From the NCBI RefSeq assembly GCF_003334305.1, contig NZ_QOWS01000033.1: a stretch of DNA of 35,452 bases; one strand, written 5' to 3'. The DNA is from Escherichia coli (GTDB taxonomy: Bacteria; Pseudomonadota; Gammaproteobacteria; Enterobacterales; Enterobacteriaceae). Positions within the stretch are counted from its first letter, which is position 1. Every line of letters begins with the position of its first letter. Both the position numbers and the translations under genes were made by a program. Positions 8,116 to 15,052 of this stretch are shown here, in pieces. The notes under the pieces were generated by a model. It worked only from the letters and a program-made list of their open reading frames with translations. It did no database searches and was not told the DNA's origin.

Positions 8116-9212
8116 ATTTCAGCTCTGAACTGCTTAACAAAAGCAACAAAACTCCGGCATTCAGCATCAGTATTGAGGGCAGGGATATCACTACTGTGCT
8201 GGATAACCGCCTGATGAGTCTGACTCTGACGGACAATCGGGGCTTTGAAGCAGACCAGCTTGATCTGGAGCTGGACGATGCCGACGGGAAAATCGTGCTG
8301 CCGCGCCGTGGTGCGGTCATTACGCTGGCGCTGGGCTGGAAGGGGCAGCCGCTTTTCCCGAAAGGGGCATTCACGGTGGACGAGATTGAACACACTGGCG
8401 CACCGGACCGCCTGACTATCCGGGCGCGAAGTGCTGATTTTCGGGAAACGCTGAATACCCGCCGTGAAAAATCGTGGCACAAGACCACCATTGGGGAAGT
8501 GGTGAAGGAGATAGCCGCGCGGCACAAGCTGAAGATGGTACTGGGTAAAGACCTGTCGGATAAGCTCGTGGAGCATATAGACCAGACTAATGAGAGTGAC
8601 GGTAGTTTTCTGATGCGGCTGGCGCGCCAGTACGGTGCTATTGCGTCGGTGAAAAATGGCAATCTGTTATTCATCCGGCAGGGACAGGGCAAAAGTGCCA
8701 GCGGTAAACCACTGCCGGTGATCACTATCACACGTAAGGACGGCGACAGTCACCGCTTTACCCTGGCAGATCGCGGAGCCTATACGGGCATAATTGCCAG
8801 CTGGTTGCATACCCGCGAACCCGCGAAGAAAGAAAGCACCACGGTGAAGCGTAAGCGCAGGACTAAGAAGCAGAAGAAAGAGCCGGAAGCGAAGCAGGGC
8901 GATTACCTGGTGGGTACGGATGAAAACGTGCTGGTACTTAATCGCACTTATGCCAACCGGAGCAACGCTGAACGGGCAGCGAAAATGCAGTGGGAACGCC
9001 TGCAACGCGGCGTTGCGTCATTCTCGCTACAACTGGCGGAAGGGCGGGCAGATCTCTACACGGAAATGCCAGTGAAAGTCAGTGGCTTTAAACAGCCGAT
9101 AGATGATGCGGAATGGACCATTACGACTCTGACACATACCGTCAGCCCGGATAATGGTTTTACGACCAGTCTTGAGCTTGAAGTGAAGGTTGATGATCTC
9201 GAAATGGAATGA
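8112..9212 (+). CDS. Tail/late protein gpD
   Basis: 366 aa, GTGA overlap with U. The ..ISIEGRDIT..LMSLTLTDNRGFEADQLDLELDD.. motif is typical of gpD. Confidence 0.9.
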   Translation: MNFSSELLNKSNKTPAFSISIEGRDITTVLDNRLMSLTLTDNRGFEADQLDLELDDADGKIVLPRRGAVITLALGWKGQPLFPKGAFTVDEIEHTGAPDRLTIRARSADFRETLNTRREKSWHKTTIGEVVKEIAARHKLKMVLGKDLSDKLVEHIDQTNESDGSFLMRLARQYGAIASVKNGNLLFIRQGQGKSASGKPLPVITITRKDGDSHRFTLADRGAYTGIIASWLHTREPAKKESTTVKRKRRTKKQKKEPEAKQGDYLVGTDENVLVLNRTYANRSNAERAAKMQWERLQRGVASFSLQLAEGRADLYTEMPVKVSGFKQPIDDAEWTITTLTHTVSPDNGFTTSLELEVKVDDLEME

Positions 9213-9302
9213 TTCTTCACAATGGAGAACTTTTAAGTTTGAAAAATGGAATAATGCGATATCATTATTGTGAATTTAGCAAAAATGGGGAGAACTCGAA
9301 AA

Positions 9303-9521
9303 ATGATGATTTGCCCACTGTGTGGAAGTGCCGCCCATACTCGCAGCAGTTTTCAGGTATCTTCATTGACCAAAGAGCGTTACAACCAGTGCCAGAACAT
9401 TAACTGCAGCCATACTTTTGTTACCCATGAAACTTTTGTTCGTTCGATTGCAACGCCAAAAGAGTCAAATCCGGTTCAGCCGCATCCTCATAAATTTAAA
9501 CAGGTGGGTTTGCCGATTTAA
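9303..9521 (+). CDS. ogr: Ogr late-gene transcriptional activator (zinc-finger)
   Basis: MMICPLCGSAAHTRSS...KERYNQCQNINCSHTF has the Cys-X2-Cys...Cys-X4-Cys pattern of P2 Ogr. Starting at 9303 gives 72 aa. The ORF track start at 9270 and the ATG at 9285 are alternatives. Confidence 0.9.
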   Translation: MMICPLCGSAAHTRSSFQVSSLTKERYNQCQNINCSHTFVTHETFVRSIATPKESNPVQPHPHKFKQVGLPI

Positions 9522-9585
9522 ATGGCGACATAACTACATGATTTAAAACTATACTTTTCTATAAGTTGAGGTTAAATTAACAATG

Positions 9586-9762
9586 CCTGACGTTAGCGGG
9601 GATTTATCCCCACTCCGTAGATATGTAGTTTGTCGCTTTGCGACTGCGGACCGATTACCTGATTGCCATGTAATCGGACGCCGACTTGTTAAGCTTTCTG
9701 GGCTAACTGGTTGTTATTTTTTATTTAGTTAGGGCCATGCGCTTGCGCTAAGAGACGTCAGG
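9586..9762 (+). ncRNA. Candidate structured RNA upstream of the RT (retron msr/msd-like or DRT-type template RNA); ends not determined
   Basis: There is no credible ORF. A long-range helix pairs 9586-9598 (CCTGACGTTAGCG) with 9746-9751 + 9756-9762 (CGCTAA / CGTCAGG), leaving a 4-nt bulge. It encloses abutting hairpins at 9598-9611, 9614-9650, 9651-9677 (8-bp stem CCGATTAC/GTAATCGG) and 9701-9736. Folded by eye only. Confidence 0.45.
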
Positions 9763-9782
9763 TATCTATGGAGGAACAAGTT

Positions 9783-9956
9783 ATGGATACAAACGAACTT
9801 GGCTTAGTTAAGGCGCGTGTTGAACTGATCACCGCTATGCTCAAATGCGCAACCGCGTTTGTTGGCTTAGTTGGTGCGGTTTACGCCGTTCTTAACATGG
9901 CCTTCAACTACAACAATTTAACTCATGACAATAGAAGTTCAAAGGTGGGAAGATAA
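9783..9956 (+). CDS. Small hydrophobic protein (57 aa, one predicted TM helix), candidate effector/toxin partner of the RT
   Basis: GGAGGA at 9770-9775 lies 7 nt before the ATG at 9783. The sequence is MDTNELGLVKARVELITAMLKCATAFVGLVGAVYAVLNMAFNYNNLTHDNRSSKVGR, with a hydrophobic core CATAFVGLVGAVYAVLNMAF. Its 3' end overlaps the RT start by 32 nt. It could instead be part of the ncRNA. Confidence 0.5.
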   Translation: MDTNELGLVKARVELITAMLKCATAFVGLVGAVYAVLNMAFNYNNLTHDNRSSKVGR

Positions 9957-10698
9957 ATTTGAGATTAAGCCCGGGGTTTGGGTTTATGTCCCAAGCGTTG
10001 AGGCACGTAAAGTCGGAGGGAAGATACTTCAGGCTGTCAGAAACAAGTGGATTCCGCCACTCTATTTTTACCATCTAAGAACTGGTGGGCATCTTAAAGC
10101 TGCCAGATTACACTTAAAAAGTGATTTTTTTGCCGTTGTTGATATTAAACAATTTTTTCAGTCAACGAGCCGTAGTCGTATCACCCGTGATCTAAAGAGC
10201 TACTTCACCTATTCTCAAGCGCGGGAAATCTCAACATTTTCAACTGTAAGAAACTTGTCCCATAGTCCACATAAGCATGTCCTCCCTTTTGGTTTTGTTC
10301 AATCTCCAATACTTGCAACCCTCTGCTTAGATAAAAGTTATTTTGGTAGCTTACTACGCCGATTGAACAAACATCATGATCTCAAGCTAAGTGTGTTTAT
10401 GGATGATGTGATCATCTCGTCAAACGATTTGGCCCAATTACAAGCGGCTTACGACGAAGCACTAGTGGCAATGCGTAAATCTGGTTATCAAGCCAACATG
10501 AGTAAAACTCAGGCACCATCGTCAAAGATTAGCGTGTTTAATTTAACTTTGAGTAAGGGAGTTATGAAAGTCACATCTCAGAAAATGAGTGACTTCCTGA
10601 TTGATTTCTATTCAAGCAATTATGAGCCGCACAGAATAGGGGTCAAAAACTACGTCGAAGCTGTTAATCCAGGGCAAGCGAAACTCTTTAAGTTGTAA
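9925..10698 (+). CDS. Minimal reverse transcriptase (257 aa), retron/DRT-like, unclassified
   Basis: RT motifs seen in order: KVGGKIL (motif 1-like), FFAVVDIKQFFQSTS (motif A, Asp at 10141-10143), LPFGFVQSPILATLCL (motif B'), LSVFMDDVIISS (motif C, FMDD at 10396-10407), GYQANMSKTQ (motif D), ISVFNLTLS (motif E). Only ~50 aa follow motif E. Confidence 0.85.
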   Translation: MTIEVQRWEDKFEIKPGVWVYVPSVEARKVGGKILQAVRNKWIPPLYFYHLRTGGHLKAARLHLKSDFFAVVDIKQFFQSTSRSRITRDLKSYFTYSQAREISTFSTVRNLSHSPHKHVLPFGFVQSPILATLCLDKSYFGSLLRRLNKHHDLKLSVFMDDVIISSNDLAQLQAAYDEALVAMRKSGYQANMSKTQAPSSKISVFNLTLSKGVMKVTSQKMSDFLIDFYSSNYEPHRIGVKNYVEAVNPGQAKLFKL

Positions 10699-10767
10699 TT
10701 GCGATCGCATGTAGTAGCAACTGGGCTTGACTGAATGTCTGCCGCCATTTTGCCGCCACTACTAAAG

Positions 10768-10795
10768 AAAAAAGGGCTACGCTTTCACGTAACCC
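10768..10795 (-). terminator. Rho-independent terminator immediately after ssrA
   Basis: The minus strand reads GGGTTACG-TGAAAG-CGTAGCCC followed by TTTTTT. It begins 12 nt after the CCA end. Confidence 0.75.
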
Positions 10796-10806
10796 CTTGA
10801 TTTATT

Positions 10807-11169
10807 TGGTGGAGCTGGCGGGAGTTGAACCCGCGTCCGAAATTCCTACATCCTCGGTACTACATGCTTAGTCAGTCTTTACATTCGCTTGCCAGCTGCG
10901 GACGGACACGCCACTAACAAACTAGCCTGATTAAGTTTTAACGCTTCAACCCCAGGCAGGGCTTCCACGCGATCTCTTTTGGGTTTGACCTCTCTTGATC
11001 CCCGTCCTAAGAGCGGAGGCTAGGGAGAGAGGGCTCTAAGCAGGTTATTAAGCTGCTAAAGCGTAGTTTTCGTCGTTTGCGACTATTTTTTGCGGCTTTT
11101 TACGAGGCCAACCGCCCCTCGGCATGCACCTTGGGTTTCGCAAATCCCGTCGAATCCAGAATCAGCCCC
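10807..11169 (-). ncRNA. ssrA: tmRNA (SsrA), 363 nt
   Basis: The reverse complement reads GGGGCTGATTCTGGATTCGACGGGATTTGCG...GGTTCAACTCCCGCCAGCTCCACCA. The tag ORF GCAAACGACGAAAACTACGCTTTAGCAGCTTAA (ANDENYALAA*) is at 11080-11048. Confidence 0.98.
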
Positions 11170-11183
11170 AATGTGTAAAGGTA

Positions 11184-11192
11184 AGTATACCA
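11184..11192 (-). promoter_or_regulatory. Probable ssrA extended -10 promoter element
   Basis: The minus strand has TGgTATACT, ending 14 nt upstream of the mature 5' GGGG. This is consistent with a short RNase P-processed leader. The -35 is poor. Confidence 0.4.
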
Positions 11193-11383
11193 GATTTATG
11201 AGCGCCATGACCAGCCTCAATGGCGTTATCGTTAAAGATTTAGCACCCATGTAGCCTGATTTTTATTCGATTAAGCAATGGGATGGCAACATTTGTGTCG
11301 GATGTGATAGCCAATAAGATGTTCATTCGCGCCGCCGGAGAGGGAGGCGCGGTGAGGAACTGGTCAATAATTGGAGTGCAGGT

Positions 11384-11866
11384 TTAACGGTGGGCGTTTT
11401 TCATGATACGTGCTTTATCCACCTGCCATTCGCGTTCTTTGATATCTGAACGTTTATCGTGCTGTTTTTTACCTTTGGCGACGCCGATTTTCACTTTGCA
11501 CCAGGCATTTTTCCAGTACAGGGAGAGCGCCACTACGGTATAGCCTTCTCGATTGACGCGACCGTACAATGAGTCCAGTTCGCGTTGGTTGAGAAGTAAC
11601 TTGCGGGTACGGGTAGGATCGCACACCACATGCGTGGAGGCCACGGCCATTGGCGTGATGTTAGCGCCAAACAGAAATGCCTCTCCGTCACGCAGAAGGA
11701 CGTAGCTGTCGCTGATATTGGCTTTTCCTGCGCGCAGGGATTTAACCTCCCAGCCTTGCAGGGCAAGTCCCGCTTCGAACTCTTCTTCGATAAAGTATTC
11801 GTGACGGGCGCGCTTGTTAAGCGCGATGGTCGCTGAACCAGGTTTATGTGCTTTTTTCTTCGTCAT
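11384..11866 (-). CDS. smpB: SsrA-binding protein SmpB
   Basis: The 160-aa sequence [45 protein letters not shown].. is recognised. It lies adjacent to ssrA. Confidence 0.98.
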
Positions 11867-11997
11867 AAGCGTCGTGAATCATCGGTAATCTGAAATCGAA
11901 AACACCCCATATCAATCCTGCGGGGGACAAGGCTCTATCTTAGCATGAACCCGATGTTACCCAGCGCCGGGATAGCGTTTTTTTTACAGCAGGATAA

Positions 11998-12474
11998 ATG
12001 ATATTATTTGTTGGATTTTTGTTGATGGAAATTGTTATGCCTCAGATTAGCCGGACCGCACTGGTACCCTACAGCGCGGAGCAAATGTATCAGTTAGTGA
12101 ATGACGTTCAGTCTTATCCTCAGTTTTTGCCGGGTTGTACCGGAAGTCGGATTCTGGAGTCCACTCCTGGGCAGATGACTGCGGCGGTAGATGTCTCTAA
12201 GGCTGGGATCAGCAAAACGTTTACTACCCGCAACCAGTTGACCAGTAACCAAAGTATTCTTATGAATCTGGTGGATGGGCCGTTCAAGAAATTGATTGGT
12301 GGATGGAAGTTTACGCCGCTGAGCCAGGAGGCGTGTCGTATCGAGTTTCATCTCGACTTTGAGTTTACCAATAAGTTGATTGAACTCGCCTTTGGTCGCG
12401 TGTTTAAAGAGCTGGCGTCTAATATGGTCCAGGCTTTTACGGTTCGTGCGAAAGAGGTTTACAGTGCCAGGTAA
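11998..12474 (+). CDS. ratA: RatA/PasT (SRPBCC, ribosome association toxin-annotated protein)
   Basis: The 158-aa sequence is recognised (..[34 protein letters not shown]..). The true start may be the internal MPQISR. Confidence 0.9.
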   Translation: MILFVGFLLMEIVMPQISRTALVPYSAEQMYQLVNDVQSYPQFLPGCTGSRILESTPGQMTAAVDVSKAGISKTFTTRNQLTSNQSILMNLVDGPFKKLIGGWKFTPLSQEACRIEFHLDFEFTNKLIELAFGRVFKELASNMVQAFTVRAKEVYSAR

Positions 12475-12754
12475 AATTGCCGTTGAGGTGGCTTATGCGC
12501 TACCTGAGAAGCAGTACCTGCAGCGCGTGACGCTGCAGGAGGGCGCGATGGTTGAAGAAGCTATTCGCGCCAGTGGCTTGCTGGAATTGCGTACCGATAT
12601 CGATTTAACTAAAAACAAAGTCGGCATTTACAGCCGTCCGGCAAAACTAAGCGATAGTGTGCATGATGGCGATCGGGTGGAGATTTATCGCCCTCTCATT
12701 GCCGATCCGAAAGAGCTTCGCAGGCAACGAGCAGAAAAATCAGCGAATAAATAA
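12464..12754 (+). CDS. ratB: RatB (YfjF, UPF0125)
   Basis: A GTG start at 12464 overlaps the ratA stop and gives 96 aa, (M)[26 protein letters not shown]... The ORF-track start at 12380 lies inside ratA. Confidence 0.85.
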   Translation: MPGKIAVEVAYALPEKQYLQRVTLQEGAMVEEAIRASGLLELRTDIDLTKNKVGIYSRPAKLSDSVHDGDRVEIYRPLIADPKELRRQRAEKSANK

Positions 12755-12761
12755 CAGACAG

Positions 12762-12790
12762 AAAAAAGGTGCTCATTGAGCACCTTTTTT
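12762..12790. terminator. Bidirectional rho-independent terminator between ratB and bamE
   Basis: AAAAAAGGTGCTCATTGAGCACCTTTTTT has a GC stem flanked by an A-run and a T-run. Confidence 0.8.
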
Positions 12791-12815
12791 AACGTCTTTG
12801 AGAGCAACTTTATTA

Positions 12816-13157
12816 TTAGTTACCACTCAGCGCAGGTTTGTTATCAATATTGGTCAACACACCGCTACTGTTAAAGGTCAGCGTCAGCGTTTGCTGCGTT
12901 ACACCTTCATGACCTGGTTGCTGGCGGAAGACATAGAACCAGGTATTCGTACCAAATGGATCGGACATCAGCGGTGTACCCAATGCGTACGCAACTTGTT
13001 GTTGCGTCATGCCAACACGTATTTTGGATACGTCGTTAGCGGTCAGATAGTTCCCCTGGTTGATGTCAGGACGGTAAACCACTCGCTCCAGAGTGGAACA
13101 GCCTGCGGTCAACATCAATAGTACTGCTGCTGCAGCAGTCAGCGTTTTACAGCGCAT
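12816..13157 (-). CDS. bamE: Outer membrane assembly lipoprotein BamE (SmpA)
   Basis: 113 aa with lipobox LTAGC. The sequence is recognised. Confidence 0.97.
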
Positions 13158-13305
13158 AGTGATTTGATTCCTTTTCGGGCCCGAGCAGTACGTGGCTCAT
13201 CTGTAATATGCCGATGATAATAGACCTTTCATCACTTTAAAACCTTTTGCTTTCCGGTCTTACGGCGTTTTGCTGTTTACTCTGACCGTGAAGCAGGAAA
13301 AAAGT

Positions 13306-14967
13306 TTACGCTGCAAGCAGTTCTTTCGCATTCGCCAGTGTATTACGTGTGACTTCACTGCCACCAAGCAGGCGCGCCAGCTCTTGTAACCGCGCTTTTT
13401 TATTCAGGGATTGCATATGCGTTTCTGTCATCGCACCATCGGTTTCTTTGCTGACAAAATAGTGTTGATGACCACATCCCGCGACTTGTGGCAGGTGGGT
13501 AACACACATCACCTGAGTTGATTCGCCGAGTTGACGCAGCAGTTTGCCGACAACTGCCGCTGTTGGACCGCTAATACCTACATCCACTTCATCAAAAATC
13601 AGTGCCGGGGTTTCCATTTTACGCGCCGTGATGACCTGGATTGCCAGTGCGATGCGGGACAATTCACCACCGGATGCGACTTTGGCAATAGGCTGCATTG
13701 GCTGACCTGGGTTGGTGGTTACCCGAAACTCAATACGATCGGCACCGTCAGCGCCCAGGTGATGCTCGTCAAATTTAACATCGATCGTAAACTGCCCATG
13801 CGGCATTGAGAGCGCATGCATACTGTCGGTGATCAGCTGTGCAAGTTCTTCTGCATATTGCTGGCGTTGTTGGTGTAATGCGCGCGCGATTTCCAGTGCC
13901 TGCTGATGATGTTTCGTTACCGCCAGCGCAAGCGTTTCTTGTGAGTCGGCCTGATCGTCCAGTTGCTGCTGTTCTTCCAGTAGCGACTGGTAATACTGTG
14001 GCAATGCCTCAGGGCTGACGTGATGTTTACGTGCCAGCGAAATCTGTTTTGAGATGCGCTGTTCAAGTTCAAATAGTCGGTTGGGATCGAGATCCAGACG
14101 ATCGCAGTAGTGGCGCAGTTCATCGCTGGCTTCAGCAATCTGGATGGTAGCTTCTTCCAGCATATCAAGTACGCCGGACAGTTTGCTGTCCATGCCAATC
14201 AATTCGCTCACCAGTTGTTTAGCCGTGTAAAGCTGACTTTGCAGGTTTGCGTCTTCACCGTCGGCCATTAATGCCAATGCATTCTGGCTGGTGGTCAGCA
14301 ATTGACCGCTGTTCGCCAGACGTTTGTACTCTTCGTCGATTTGTTCAAACTCTCCGGGCTGCGGATTAAATTCGTTAAGTTCTTTTAATTGGTATTGCAG
14401 CAGTTCCGCACGGGCGGCGCGTTCCTGACTTAACTGTTGATGATGCGCGAGGTCACGGCAGCTTTGATGCCACAACTGATAACGTGCGGTCATTTCCTGC
14501 AGTAGAGAGGTTTCATTGGCATAGCCATCAAGCAGGAATTTTTGGTGCTCAGGTTTGGTGAGTAATTGATGAGCGTGCTGACCATGGATCTGAATCAGCA
14601 ACTGACCCAGTTCGCGCAGTTGTGACAGAGGAACAGCTGTACCGTTGATGAAACCACGGGAGCGACCATCGCTGCTGATCACTCGACGAAGCAAACATTC
14701 ATGCCCGTCTTCAAGCTGATTTTCTTCCAGCCAGCGCAGAGCCGCTGGCGTATCTTTCAGAGAAAAACGGGCGCACAGGTCAGCGCGAGCAGCGCCGGTA
14801 CGCACCATGTCGGCTTCAGCGCGACCACCGAGACAAAGACCGAGGGCATCTATTGCAATAGATTTACCCGCGCCGGTCTCGCCAGTTATTACGGTCATGC
14901 CGCTATGAAAATCAATCTCAAGCTCACGAACGATAGCAAAGTTGCTGATGGTCAGTTGTGCCAACAT
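13306..14967 (-). CDS. recN: DNA repair protein RecN
   Basis: 553 aa, [36 protein letters not shown].. (Walker A). SOS boxes lie upstream. Confidence 0.98.
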
Positions 14968-14975
14968 AGTCGTTT

Positions 14976-15035
14976 TCCTGTATGAAAAACCATTACTGTT
15001 ATTGTGTACAGTATAAACTGGTTTTATATACAGTA
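14976..15035 (-). promoter_or_regulatory. recN promoter region with three LexA (SOS) boxes
   Basis: CTG-N10-CAG boxes, plus strand: 14994-15013 TACTGTTATTGTGTACAGTA and 15016-15035 AACTGGTTTTATATACAGTA. A weaker box is at 14976-14995, TCCTGTATGAAAAACCATTA. Confidence 0.85.
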
Positions 15036-15052
15036 AAGAGGCTGGCGTAAAA

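Larger units (their letters stand above)
1..10806. mobile_element. P2-like prophage, late/tail arm ending at the ssrA attachment junction (other end outside window)
   Basis: Gene order H-G-(invertase)-FI-FII-E/E'-T-U-D-ogr is the P2 late-gene order. The block abuts the 3' end of ssrA at 10807, the locus where K-12 carries CP4-57. The att core cannot be delimited without the second junction. Confidence 0.9.

Noticed and set aside
9209-9403. 64-aa ORF overlapping the D stop and the ogr 5' end
   Set aside because: It is out of frame with the clearly recognisable Ogr zinc-finger ORF, and has no RBS or family resemblance.
9541-9585. Promoter for the ncRNA in the AT-rich stretch after ogr
   Set aside because: There are only weak hexamer pairs (for example TAAATT or AACAAT as -10 with poor -35). 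The evidence is not good enough to call, and read-through from ogr is an alternative.
9925-9956. Possible programmed frameshift fusing the 57-aa TM ORF to the RT
   Set aside because: The overlap needs a +1 shift, and I see no recognisable slippery or stall motif in AGA AGT TCA AAG GTG GGA AGA TAA. Simple translational coupling explains the overlap.
10739-10758. Direct repeat TGCCGCCA x2 between the RT stop and ssrA (possible integrase arm sites)
   Set aside because: It is only 8 nt and present twice. Its significance cannot be judged without the attP of the phage or the other junction.
11321-11350. Hairpin CGCGCC-N12-GGCGCG downstream of smpB as a terminator or REP
   Set aside because: The stem is short, the loop is large, and there is no T-tract on the smpB strand. 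I do not expect termination here, because the ssrA promoter follows.
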